The notes under the pieces were generated by a model that had not been told where the DNA came from, searched no databases, and worked only from the letters and a program-made list of their open reading frames with translations. The position numbers and the translations under genes are program-made. DNA of 42,852 bases, from positions 124,001-166,852 of the forward strand of contig NW_025215375.1 in NCBI RefSeq assembly GCF_004010195.1, read 5' to 3'. Shown here one piece after another: positions 24,809-37,289 of this stretch (the stretch's first letter is position 1; each line of letters starts with the position of its first letter). This DNA comes from Chiloscyllium plagiosum. Lineage: Eukaryota.

Positions 24809-25774
24809 ACTGTGAGACCAAATTAAGGATGAATATGGGCGCTTTATGATTCTTAAAGCTTTACTACATGGAGGGAATTTGCATGTACGTTGCGCCCGGC
24901 ACAATCCCTCAAATTTTTAACAGATGTGCTTTAAAGGTTGATCGCCCTGGGGGCACCTCATACAGTAATAAGGAAGACTTAACCGACTTATTAACCCCGA
25001 AGTGTTCAGGATGCCAAGGGACTTGCGGGTATGACCCTACAATCCAGGCAGCTGGTGGACCTGAATAGGGCGCTGGGTTTGGTGTGTGTGTGTAGTTGTG
25101 TCCATTCTGAGGGGAGGGTCTTCACGTTTTTCTCTCAGCCAAGTAAGTGCTGTACGAGGATTGGCATTTATTTGCCCTGTTGACCTTTTTAAATTCGGTG
25201 CTGTCCTGCAGAATTGCAAAGATCGCCATTTCTGATCATGCAGCAGTGCACATGGAGGTTAAGGTCAGTGGCAATGGGACGGATTCACGACACAGGAGCA
25301 TGGCTCCTTTCTTCCTGAAGGATCGCAAGTTTATTGAGTATTTTTGGGGAAAATTAAAATTTTGGGGACATTTATTTGGGTACGGCCAGTAATCCATCAG
25401 TGCTCTCAGAGACTGCCAAGACCTATGCAAGAGGTTTGATTATTTCTTACTCGGCGACCCAGAAGCGGCAGAAGGCAGAACAGCTGCGTATGCTCGAGGC
25501 TTGCCTGAAGGCAGCTGAAACAGCATTCCTTGACAGACCATATGTAACCAAGTTGCAGCAGATGACAGCCCTCAGGGCTACTTTGAATGCTGGGCTCAAC
25601 CAGACAGCAAAGAGAGAAATCTGCTTTGCGAAATAGAGATTGTTTTTCAATATGGTGATAAACGGGGTAGATATCTAACATACCTGGCCTGAAAGAAGAA
25701 TGCCCTCTAATCTATCACATCCATTAGGGAGAGTGCCGGGACTCTTACTTGCGATACCAAAAATTACTTTCAAA

Positions 25775-26925
25775 TGTAACCAATTAATTTTAATCATGCC
25801 CAGGATACCAGACACCTCTGGAAGTTGAACATTATTGCTTAACACCTGGAAACCAATCAAACTATGAGAATGTAATGTGTCTTGTGGAGTATATAAACCT
25901 GGTATTTTGAAAATTAGTGGGAAAATTAGACAAAAAGTTCAATCCAATATAATTTTATCATGTCAAACCTACTTACAGTAAAATAAAGAAAGAAGATGAC
26001 CCAGGGAGATCATCAACTGGAAGACTGAAGGCAGCGGGGAAGACAGAGAGTGTGCAGTGTTGAGATTAAGTTAATGTAAAGATTAATGAGTGTGTTAATG
26101 GAACAACGTATTTTCAGAGTTTTAGTCAGATCATAAGCAGTTGAGAAAAGGGTGTCTTGTACTTGTAAATAGTTTTTGTTTAGTGTTTACTATTCGCGTT
26201 CTTAAAATATATTGTTGTTTTTCTTTGAATGGTGGAATTTGGGAGTTCTGTGTCACTCATGTTGTAACAGATTACGAGGCGAGGTGAGCTTTTTTTTAGG
26301 CGTTTGGATTTTATGAACATCGATGTCATAACAGTTTGGAGGCTTGTTATGCAGGATGTGGACAGATGTGAACAGATTAGGGGTACAAAAGATCCCAGCG
26401 GATTGCAATACTTGGCAATTATTGTCTTAGATCTGCAAATAAAATTTAGGTCAGAAAATTTGCTTCATTTAGGTTAGTTATGGATGATTAAATGAAAAGT
26501 TAAAGAAATGGGTCTTAACATTGCTAAAGAGGTTTTGGAGTTTGAACATGATTCCCAATTTGCCAAGAAAGTGTAGAATAACTGAGGAAGTTGTACGTTT
26601 AAAATTAGCAAATATGTTCAAATTGAGTTTAGCCAGGGACAAAAGGGAAGCTGAAATTGCAATGAATTTGGCCAACCACTTTAGTGTATCGGAGAAACTG
26701 ACAGTGAGTGCAGTAGAGTTAGAAAAATATAGACTGCAAATGCAGTCACTGAAGTTAGAAGATTAAAAAGTGAGACAAAAAGAAAGAGAGAAGAAAGAGG
26801 GAGAGAGGTAGAAGCGAAAGAGAAAGAGAGAGGAAAGAGAGAGAGAGAATTTGAACCAGAGAAGCTGCGCATTTGTCAGTAAAGTCAAGTTAACAGGACA
26901 GAGATTAAAATAGAAGGTAGGGTTT

Positions 26926-26956
<31 letters not shown>

Positions 26957-28740
26957 GAAAAATGTGGCTGCCTTCATTATTTCATTTTAAAAATTGGATA
27001 GACGGATGGAGTGGTCAGAAAAAATGTGGGTAATGCTCGTTCAGACTACGCTGGTAGGCAGAGCTAGTGATGTTAGTGCAGCGTTGTCAGATGAGGGGTC
27101 AAAATATTATGCCGATGTCAAACTGGCTATTTTGAATGCCTATGAATTGGTACCAGAAATATACAGAGCGCGGTTTAGATATATAATGATGGAACCAGGT
27201 CAGAATTATGTTGAGATTGAAAGAGTTATTTTGATAGATGGGCATGGGCCTTAACAATAGACAATGCTCTGAGACAGATCAGTCTGCTGGAGGAATTTAA
27301 AAAAACTCACTTCCAGAGATGATCAGAGGTCATGCGGATGAACAGGAAGTTCAAGAAGTAAGAAGAGCGGCAGAGATGGCAGGTCAATCTGCAATGGTGC
27401 ATGAGCTGCAATTTTCCTCCTGTGTGGGATAGAAATTGGGAAAATGAGAGATCCTACTCTACACAATAAAGATTGAGAGCACACTGGGAATGGTTTGTTT
27501 AGGTTAATAAAGACGCCCAAGAGGGTTGAAAGGAGGTGAAAGGCCTCAGGTGGTTTCACAATACTGGAGTGGAATATATAGACTTATAGTGCAGGTGGCT
27601 CAAGAATGGCACTAGGAAAAGATCTCTTCACTGACATAAGTGGGATATACAAAGTCACAATGCTAGACGTTGAGGAAATTCACTGTGGGAAAAGATGTGG
27701 TAAAAGAGCCTAAGCCAGTGGCATTAGTGGAAGTTGTAAGGGAAACCAGAAGCAATGTTGAGGAGCTGCAGGAGAGTGCACAGCCTCGGCGGGGGCTGGG
27801 TTTGCAGTTATTACCTGATCACTCTAAAGAATTCACCTCTGTGGGGAAGGTTTACTCAGAACGAACAGGGGAGAAGGACAACACAGTATAATTTGTGAGA
27901 TACACGATCTGCTCAATCTCTAATATTGGAAAAGTTTGCTGTTGGAAAAGCAACAGGTCAGGCAGCGTCTGAACATCGTCATATCAGGCACAAGCCCTTC
28001 ATCTGGAAAGTAGCGGGGAGGCAGTCGAAGGTGGCTATAAGATAAAAGCAGAGTAGAGGTGGGGCTGGGGATAAGGTCACTGGGAAGGCAATTGAAAATT
28101 GAAGTTGTGAGTGATCGTCATACATCGGAGAGGAAGATGGAGTGACTTGTGGGAAGGAAGGTGAACAGTCAGGAGAGTCGAAGAGGGCGATGCTGAGTTG
28201 AAGGATGGAATCTGGGATGAGGTTGGGAGAGGGGAGAATTGGAAACTTGTGAAATTCATGTTGATGCCGTGTGGTTGGAGTATCACATCAGTCCTACCAC
28301 CGATCTGCTTCACCCTGCCCTCTGACCTCTCACCATCATCCCCCACCTGCATCTACCTACCGCCTTCCAAGCTACATTCCGCCCATCTCCACTCCCACCC
28401 ACGTATGTATCTCTCAGAATGCTTTACCCCAGCCCCCAGTTTCCGTATGAAGGGGTTATGCCTGAAACGTGTATTCTCCTGCTCCTGGGCTGCTGCCTGA
28501 CCTGCTGTGCTTTTCCAGCTCCACATCTTTCAACTGTGATCTCCAGAGTCTGTAGTCTTCACATTCTCTCAGCCTCTAAAAGTAAATGATGAAAGTATTT
28601 GCATTCTTTCTGACATGTTACCTGAGAGATTGATAATTTGTGGTTTGGGGTCAGAAATGTCGTGCTCCCCTGTGTAAGATCAGGTTGGAGATGCAAATCA
28701 AGATTGGGAACGTGACAGTGGGAGTGAGTGACAGACCATC
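25775..28740 (+). mobile_element. Gypsy (Gmr1-like, SCAN-related gag) LTR retrotransposon, 5' part: LTR 25775-26333, decayed PBS, gag, protease
   Basis: TGTAAC...CATAACA LTR; decayed tRNA-Pro-like PBS TGGAGGCTTG; ORF 26994-27254 (EWSEKMWVMLVQTTLVGRA...VKLAILNAYELVPEIYRARFR); decayed zinc knuckle at ~27545-27595; decayed protease L*DTRSAQSL at ~27893. Confidence 0.8.
27926..28570. mobile_element. Penelope-like insertion made of two inverted terminal copies
   Basis: 27926-28230 is the minus-strand PLE 3' end; ~28230-28570 is the plus-strand PLE 3' end (TATGAAGGGGTTATGCCTGAAACG...TGCTTTTCCAGC). Flanked by CTCAATCTCTAATA and CTCAGCCTCTAAAA, a decayed target-site duplication. Confidence 0.75.
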
Positions 28741-28744
28741 ACAT

Positions 28745-29340
28745 GGCAAGGATTCATAATTGTAGGAACTTAGCTTTGCATAGATTCTTGAATCAGTAGA
28801 CATAGAGAGCAATAGACGTACTCTGTATAAATTTCAGTAAGGCCTTTGATTAGGTTCACATGATAGGCTGCTCTGGAAGATTCGATCACATTGAATGCAG
28901 GGGGGAACATACAAATTGGGTACTCAATTGGCTTGATGTTAGGAAGGAGAGGTTAATAGTGGAAGGATACTTGTAGGATTGGAGGCGTGTAACTTCTTTA
29001 TTCATTCTCTGGATGACGGCATTGCTGGATAGGCAGCATGCATTGCCCATCTTAAATGCCCACAGGGCAGATAAGGGAAAAGCACATTGTTGCGGGTCTG
29101 GAGTCACATGGAGGTCAGACCAGGTAAGGATGCAATTTTCCTAACCTGAAGGATATTAGTGAACTAGGGGAGAATCTCAGGGGTTAGTGCTGAGCCCATT
29201 ACTGTTTGTTATCTCTTATGAATGATTTGAATGAGATTGTAACAAGCATAATGATTAAGTTTGCAGATGACATTAAATTATTCAGTATCCTGGACAGTGG
29301 GAAAGATTAACAAAAATACAGAAAGACCTTGATGTTTTGG
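28745..29340 (+). mobile_element. CR1 RT fragment containing an antisense Deu-type SINE piece (~29000-29170)
   Basis: xNFSKAFD.V and IKFADDIKL remnants; GGTCTGGAGTCACATG.AGG.CAGACCAGGTAAGGATG is the antisense Deu-like core. Confidence 0.7.
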
Positions 29341-29389
29341 GCATAAGCTTTTATCATGATTCAGCATTGATTACCTCGTTCTGTCCCTG

Positions 29390-29660
29390 TGTAAGAGCGT
29401 TTAGCGGCTGAATGGTCTCCTCTTGCTGTACCTGGGCGACTCCTGGGGCTGAATGGCCTCCTCCTGTTCCTGTGTCATTGACTCAAGGGGCTGAATGTCA
29501 TTCTGCTGAGCCAGTGTTAGTGCTTCATGGGGCTGAATGGCCTCCTCTTGTTTCTATATAATGGACTCAAGGGGCTACATGGCTTCTTCCTCGTCCAATT
29601 GGACAGGGCCAAGGGCCTGATTGGGGTACCCCTGGTTCCTGTTTAACAGCTCGCTGTGCT
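29390..29660 (+). repeat. Degenerate ~40-45-bp minisatellite (GGGGCTGAATGGCCTCCTCCTGTTCCTGTGT...)
   Basis: GGCTGAATG recurs at ~29406, 29447, 29490 and 29531; related arrays lie at ~9000-9270, 12040-12200, 18520-18850 and 30560-30700. Confidence 0.8.
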
Positions 29661-29668
29661 GACAAGAG

Positions 29669-30554
29669 TGATGATGCTGCAGCTTTCAGGTGTTATTTTG
29701 TCCTAATTTCTTTTAAGAGACAGCTTGAACGATCATTCCCAAGATGATTAAGACCACTGTTAAAACAGCTAGAAAGGCCTTGTATTTATTTTAATGCAGC
29801 CTAATTGGGTATGGCCAGTTCTCACAGATTCGGATCTCTGGCTTTTTGTTTCTCAGTAACGTCAAAAACTATTGGGGTCCCCACAGAGTTATAAGCTTCA
29901 GTGACTATCCCCTGGCTGCTACTGTCTCTGACCTTTTTTTACTGGATGCTAATATTTCCCCCTCCGAGAGAAATGTATGTGAGAATTTGCCTTTTTTGCC
30001 GAGAGATTGTGTTGATGGGATCAGACTATATCGGTACAATTAGTTAGTAATAGGATTCTAGCTGTTACTCTGTTAAGTTTTTGAATCGTGTTGTTCTTCT
30101 AAATTCCTTTTTCTTTGATTATATTTTAATGATAGTGCTCAAATGAACTGTTTTGCTTAACATCGAATAGTTTCACCAATCACATTACATCGGAACCAGT
30201 TGTTATGTTTACCTTTCGGGCGGCACGGTGGCACAGTGGTTAGCACTGCTGCCTCACAGCGCCAGAGACCCGGGTTCAATTCCCACGTCAGGCGACTGAC
30301 TGTGCGGAGTTTGCACATTCTCCCCGTGTCTGCGTGGGTTTCCTCCCACAGTCCAAAGATGTGCAGGCTAAATTGCCCGCAGTGTTCGGTAAGGGGTAGA
30401 TGTGTATGGGTGGGTGACGCTTCGGCGGGGCGGTGTGGACTTGTTGGGCCGAAGGGCCTGTTTCCACACTGAAAGTAATCTAATCTAATATATTGGTTGG
30501 ATTTAAACGATAACTTTAACATATTTTTAAGGGGCTCTGGCCTGGTCCATAACA
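29669..30554 (+). mobile_element. Solo LTR containing a nested SINE
   Basis: TG...CCATAACA termini; absent at the homologous site (~9115) of the duplicated segment. Confidence 0.65.
30218..30489 (+). mobile_element. tRNA-derived V-SINE (HE1-like), young and internally deleted
   Basis: A box TGGCACAGTGG, B box GGTTCAATTCC, V-domain GGAGTTTGCACATTCTCCCCGTGTCTGCGTGGGTTTCCTCC, CR1-like tail GGGCCGAAGGGCCTGTTTCC and (TAATC)n. Confidence 0.92.
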
Positions 30555-33500
30555 TTGGACTCTTTGTTTCCTGTGTAATAGGCAGGAGGGTCTGAATGGG
30601 CTATCCCTCTTCTTGTTCAGCAGTTTCAATGGCTTCCTCATATTTCTGTGAAGTGAGCTCGAAATGCTGAATGACTTCCTCTGTTCCCTGTGGAATTAAG
30701 CAGCATTCCAATGTACTGTTACATGATTGCTCCATATACTTTCGCAGCACAAAACTGAATGTTGTCCAGATCTTGTTGCACACGGACACAGACTACTTCA
30801 GGAGCTGATGGGGGGACACGTTGTTGTGAAAAATTGGGTAATCTTCAAGGAATATCCCCTCTTCTGATCTTACAATGGGGGAATAACTTTGATGAAGCAG
30901 CTGAAGATGCTTGTGAAGAGGAAGCTAACTTGAGGATCTCCCACAGAGATGTCCCGGGACTGAGATAATGGACATCCATACATCACAAATACCTTCTATT
31001 TTTCTGTGATTGACTTTAGCCAGTGGTGGGTTTATGCTGATTCCCAAACAAATTCAAATTTTGTTTAACTCCTTGACGTCATCCTCAGTCAAGCACTGTC
31101 TTGATATCAGGGCCAGTCACTGTTATCGGAAATTTTGTGTTAACATCATATGCTCATATCAACAGGAGCAAGGAGTGCTTATTTCAAACAGAAGGTATTG
31201 AATGTCAGCAATTCGCTTTTCCATCATGTTACGAGAGCTAGATGACAAAGTATTTAAAGAAGAGGTAGATGGATTTGATCAGACAGAGAGTTAAGTGTTA
31301 TGAAGATTTGGACATTGAAGAGGATTTCATAAATAGAACAGATCAGCCATGATCTTAGTGAAGGGGAAGGCAGGCTCGAGGGGGATGAGCGTCCTGCCCC
31401 TGTTTCTGATGTTCTCACATTCTATTATTGGAAGGTTAGTGGGTGTTATTTTCCTGGACGGCGGTTATTGAATGTTGCAGTCAGCGATGTGAGCCACATC
31501 TGGGTGAGATATGGGGACCGTTTTCACTGTTAATCTGGGTCTACAACATGACCAACAAATGAAGCACAATTTGCAGAGAGGGGAAGCTCTGTAAGAAGAA
31601 ATGAGGGGCCTCTTTCATACCCAGCTTGGGTTTTCAAATTACATTTCCCAAATCACCTCAAACTGTGTGTGACAGTACTGAGGGGCTGAATGGTCTTCCC
31701 TTCCTGTGCACCAGGTGGTAGCAGTAAGTAGCCTCCAACTGCTCCTGTCTAGCAGTTTTGAAGGGCTGAATGGAACCCAGAAGCATGGGACTGAGGAGCA
31801 GGAGTAGGTCACTAGATACTTACAGCCTTCTCCACCAGGCACTAAAATTGTAGCTGATCAGGTTGTGGTCTCAGCCCGACTTTCCTGTCTGTATCCCATT
31901 ATCCGTGGCACAATTCCCTGTCAAGTGTTTAACTAATTCAGCCTTGAAACAATGTGGACATAGAGGCACAATAAAATTCCAGTGAAGAGAATTCTGACTT
32001 GAAAGGTCGTTTCTGAATTTCTCCTCATCCCTCTTAGAGAATCAGAGAGCCATGCAGTATGGAAACAGACCCCTTAGTCCAATCTGCTCACTCGAACCAC
32101 ATAACCAAAGCTGATCTAGTCCCATTTGTCAGCATGTGGCCAGTATCCCTCGTCTTACAGGCACTTTTTAAATGTGCAATTGTACAGCCTTTACCATTTC
32201 CTCTGACAGCATTTTCTGTACACACATCACTATCTACGTGAAAAGTCTGCCCCTATGGTTCCTTCTAAATTATACTCCTCTTGCCTTCAAACTATGACCT
32301 CTTGTTTTGGACTCCTTATCTTGGAAAACAAACTGCGACCATTCAGACTTTTCATGCACACTTTCTTATAGCTTGCACTCATTGCTGTGATGAGAAACAA
32401 TGAGGGAGACAATGTGAAGTATAGGTCACTCCATCTCGGGCAGATCATATTTTCTTCCTCTCTGAGTTGAGTCACACAATGATATCATCCTCGCCCAAAC
32501 TGTACCATGTGAGGTTTCATTGAACATTGTCCAAACTACGACTACATTCTAGTCCCTGCTCCATGTAGGCATATTGTTGCTGCTTTTTCTTAGCAGAAAA
32601 TAATCAATTTGAAATGTATTTACATGGGCCTGCGTCATTTAAAAATGTTTAAATGTTTATGCATTCAGTGTACCTGTGTTAAAATGAAGGCTTCTTATTT
32701 TTAAACAAATACAGAAATTGCTGCAAAAACTCAGCAGGTCTCTCAGCATGCAAATGCCTTTCAAATGTATTAATTAGACCAGTCTCCACCACTTCCTCTG
32801 ATAGCTCATTCCTCTGCGTGAAATGGTGCCGCATTCCAAATCTTCCCCCTCTCACTTTCAACCAATGGCTTCTACTTTTGGACGCCCCTACCCTGGGAAT
32901 AAACCTTGACCACTCACCCTGTCCATGGTTGTTTTGATTTTATACAACTCTACTGCTGCGAAATGTGATTCCAATCAACACGAAAGGCTGTGCTCTCAGT
33001 CTTCCCTGGGCCTAAATTCGGAAATTCAATACTGACACCTCTTCCTTCTCCATCAAGATACAATTCTAACACCATTTTCATCATTCTGTCTAGACGTATT
33101 ATGAAACATCTCTGAGATTTGTATCTGAAACCTTGTGCCCAGAGATAGAGACACGAGCACCACTCAGCAATAGTCCCTAAAGCTGCAACATGATTCCTCT
33201 GTGTGTCTGTTAATCAGCCTGTTCTGACACAGTGTGACACACCTCCACAACAGGCAGGACTTGAATCCAGACGGTTTGGTCCAGAGCGAGGGACACTACC
33301 ACAGAAGTTTAGGATTTGGAATAAAATTCAGGGTTCTGGCTCAGAGGCACGGGTACCACCCATGCCACAAGAACTAAACTATTCCCAGCTTTTGGGTCAC
33401 ATTTTACGTGCCAGCTTTCAGATCGGTATGGGATTTCATAAAATCTGGTTAACATTACTGAACTACACAAAATGTTTTTCATTGTTAAACAAATGCAAGG

Positions 33501-33939
33501 TATTTGTCCCAATTGTCGGATTGTTCACGCACTGTGCCATCGAGATAAACCATAAACATCGTTAACTGCTATTATGTGCAGTCTGCAATATTAGGGAAAT
33601 AAATCCTGCAGACATACTCTGCACAATGACAGGTCTCAAATAGATATTTATTGCTAAATACCAAAGACAAAGAAAGACATAATTTCTGGACCCAAAACAC
33701 CAATAACCTGTGTGACTGTCCTCTTCCTAAAACCATGAAAAGATACCAGGCCGCCAATTACTGTCCAGCCTCTCCTCCCACTGACTGTGTCTGCAATCTG
33801 TCCCTCCTCCGCCTAACCAGACAAGGCCAACTAAGCCCAGGGTCTTTGTGAAAATCAATGCTGGCGTGTGCAGGCATCCTGGAGAGGGTGAAGGTATTGT
33901 ATAATTGAAGAGGGAGAGTGAGGAGGTAATAATATCACA

Positions 33940-34790
33940 CACTGAGCTGACGGGTGGCAGATGGAGTTTAATTTGGATTAATGTGAGGTATTGGATTTGG
34001 TAAATCAAACAGAGCAGGACCTATACAATTGAAAGTAAGGCCTTTGGCAGTGTTGTAGAACAGAGACCTAGGCCGTCAGGTATAGTTCATTAAAATTTGC
34101 TTCTCATATAGATAGTGTGATTAAGGAGCTGTTTAACACACTTGTCTTCATTGGTCAGGCCGTTCAATGTCGAAAATTGGACGTCACGTTGAGGGTATAC
34201 AGACATTGGTGAGGGTTCTTCTGGAATACTGTGTCCAGTCTAATCATCCTGCCAGGTCATTCTATATTCACACCACCCTTTGTGTAAAAACGTTGCTCCA
34301 GATTTCAACATGTAATTTTTTCTCCACTCACTTTAAAACTGTGTCCTCTAGATTTGGTCTCGCCCACCCTTAGAAAATATCTGTACTATTCACTTTGATA
34401 TTACAGACCTCGATATTATTAAGCTGGAGAGTGTTCAGAAGAGATTAACCTGGATGTTCTTGGGAATGGAGGGAGTGAGCTATAAGTGGAGGCTGGATAG
34501 GCTGGGACTTTTTGTCACTGGGGAGCATGAGATTGAGGGTATGATGTTACGCAGGTTTAAGAAATTATGAGGGGTACAGAAAAGCTGAAGGGCCAATGTC
34601 ATTTCCCTAGAATCGAGGGCTCAAGACTGAGGGATATTTTAAGGTGCGAGGAAAAAGATTTACAAAAAATCATGAGTGGTAATTACTTTAGACAAAAGCT
34701 GGCTTGTGTGTGGAATGAACTTCCAGAGGAAGTGGTGGAAGTATGTGCAGATACAACGTTTAAAAGAAGTTTAGATCAGTACATGGATTA
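33940..34790 (+). mobile_element. CR1 3' fragment with a short antisense CR1 insert (~34240-34400)
   Basis: WQMEFN..CEV; TLVRxxLEYCVQ; VWNELPEEVVE..TFKRSLD motifs. Confidence 0.85.
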
Positions 34791-35001
34791 GACATCAGTT
34801 TGGATGGTGCTGTGAGCATCTGCCCTCTCCCTGTCCCTCTCTGAATGAATCCCTGCTGGTTTCCACCCTCTGCCAATGCATGTGCAGTGGCATGGGGAGC
34901 CCAGCAGACGGTGGCATTGCATCACTTTAAGCACCACAGAGACCGCCAGAGCTGCCCCACACAGAGACACACAGATACACACACAGGAATGGTTAGGGCA
35001 C

Positions 35002-35240
35002 GGTGTGAAGCTCATCTGGTAAATTAAGTGAAACATAAAAAATGCTCAATTCGCCTGGTACACTGTTAAAATATGAGTAACAGAGAACTCCCAAATTCCA
35101 CTGTTTAAATAAAAACATCAATTTATTTTTTTCACTCTGAAAGTGAACATTTTACATTAACTATTCAACAACTCTGAGATCCCCTTTCTCTTAACTGCTT
35201 ATTACCCGACTCCAGCTCTTCAGCAATATACTGTTTCTGG
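35002..35240 (-). mobile_element. Antisense LTR fragment of the same family as 25775-26333
   Basis: The reverse complement contains GTGGAATTTGGGAGTTCT.TGT.ACTCAT.TT.TAACAG, as at 26232-26270. Confidence 0.7.
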
Positions 35241-37289
35241 GTCTGCCATCCTCTCACATCACAGGTGCTTGTAAGCTGTCAGTTCAAAACAGCATTCACC
35301 CTCTCTGAAAGGTACAGTACACACTTTCAACTTCATCACATTATACTCTGATGAATATAGATAAGTGGAACCTATCTGGATTTCTCTTGCTCTGTGGTTT
35401 GTCAATATTTCATCTAATCTGTCTCGTATATGTCAGGATTTTTGTTGCTCATTGACCGCATGTCGACTCTGTCCGTGGGAATATAGCAGTATTTCACTTG
35501 CTCACACTCGTGTGTGTGGGGCAGGATTTCATTTGTTTCATGGGGACTGTGACGCTATGACAATCTCAATGTTTGTGGATGTCACCAAACCTGGAAGAAC
35601 TCTGAAGTTTCTGGAGGACAGTGTGGAACTGTAAGAGGACAATCACACGTTGGTGTAGTGTTCAAGTTTATGGCAGATGGGGATCAGTGCAGAGCAGTGT
35701 GAGGTGATGCACTTTGGTAGGAAAGACAATGAACGGCAGTTTAAAGCAGGCTGTGCCATGATAAAGGGACTACAGGAACAGTGGGCACTGGGTGTATATG
35801 AGCACAGATTGTTGAAGATGTCAGGACAAGTGGGGAGAGCAGTAAATGTCACAGATTAGTTTCAGTATCTGAGCTGTTTACAGAGGGAGGTGTAGGAGGG
35901 AGTCTCCGTGCTCCCTTCCTGGGAGGTGGTGGTGACGATGTGTTGTGAGCCCATCCTCCTGCCCATCGAGACAGGGGATTCAATTTGCAACAGCTCGACA
36001 CAAATGAGAGATAGCATTAGGGCCACGGTTTCTAAGTTGTGCCGGTGGGAAATATAGCTGCCAGTAGGATTAAAGTGAGAATTGTCCTTCACAGAACATT
36101 GCTCCTTACGCGGTCGGTGGAACGTGGATGTTTCAGAATCTCCACACGACGTGTCCCGGTCCTCCCTGGCTCAGACCAGGGTCTTTCCCACATGGCGGGT
36201 GTGTGTGGGGGGGAGCGACCGGATATCGGGCACTCCACCACTCAACTTTGCCCTTTCTGCCCTATTCCAGGCTGTTTCTCTTGGAATGGGAGAAGAGGAG
36301 GGAGGGAGGGTGTGACAGAGCGGGCAAGGTTATTGCTGCTTTTCCTGTATTGCTGGGCATTTCCTCAGACCGCAGATACTGCACTGAGCTGAGTGGTGAG
36401 CTCACATCATGCTCGGTTGGTCTGGTGGTGTGGCCCCCCTCTGGGAAGAGAATTCTGCCTCTCTGTACTAGCCCATCCACCAGGACCTCCGTGCCCCTGT
36501 CGACAAACCGTGGTGTAATTGCCCCTCATCAGCCATGCTCGGTGTAAACTTTGCAGGGCAGCTCCTAACAGAGAAAGCTCAACCGTGGGCTCAGTGGCCT
36601 TCTCAAGATGGCGCCAGTGCCAGAGATCACGGAATATCCAGGGACATCCGAGCGATGGTGAGTATCTCCAGCCAGGATGGGTGGGAGAATCGGGCTGGTA
36701 TTGAATGAAAGGGACACCAGGGATTGGGGTGGTTAGTTATTGAGGTGAGTTCGATAAGATTGCACCAGGAAAGTAGCTCAGTCTCGTGCAGATAATCCCT
36801 CTGTCACACTCAAGGAAAATTAAACAAAGACAAATTATTGTTAGGATCTGCCCAATGAGTCATAGATTCTGCTGAAACCAATTCCAGTTGCAAAAATGCA
36901 GATCAAATGCTCATCTGACCTCACACCAATATTCCTTTTTCCCCATCTTTCCTGGGATGACTGGCTCATATTACAGAATGTTATCAATTTTTCTACATTT
37001 CAGCATTCTCAAACCTGGGAACACATCCTTCCATGACACTGTCTCTCAGTCTCCCCCCTCACTGTCTATACACCAAACCCCTCCCATATGGTGATACTTA
37101 AACTGATTGCCTTGCCATCTCTCTGTGGCACTGATGGTCACACCCACAGTTAATGCCCCTTATCATGGCACAATGGAGATATGGAGCTGTAAGTGGGTGG
37201 GAGCTGTACAATCTGTCACTTCCGGCATGGACTGCAGTTTCCCCACCCTGGGCAGTGATCTAGCACAGTCTTACTGAGAAATACAGTGG

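Larger units (their letters stand above)
20979..25770 (+). mobile_element. L1-clade LINE with intact 5' end (5'UTR, ORF1, spacer, ORF2 endonuclease); interrupted by a CR1 and cut off by an LTR element
   Basis: 5' GGGGAATTCAAGATGG; ORF1 ~21142-21987 with coiled coil and VDDLENYGSRNNVCLVGL; ORF2 from ATG 22564 (TWNVKG...LLQETHL), resuming at ~24810 (IAISDHAAV; ETAKTYARGLIISYS). Confidence 0.9.
29540..32540 (+). repeat. Segmental duplicate partner of 9000-11150 (copy B intron) with later insertions
   Basis: Same anchors in the same order. The LTR+SINE at 29669-30554 and a CR1 tail at ~32030-32380 are absent from copy A. Confidence 0.85.

Noticed and set aside
30218..30300. tRNA gene
   Set aside because: The A and B boxes belong to the head of a V-SINE.
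36110..36193. Minus-strand mini-exon MWERPWS... with a Kozak-like start and a GTAAGG donor, resembling the WASHC2/FAM21 WERPWS motif
   Set aside because: Similarity is limited to six residues and I found no downstream exons.
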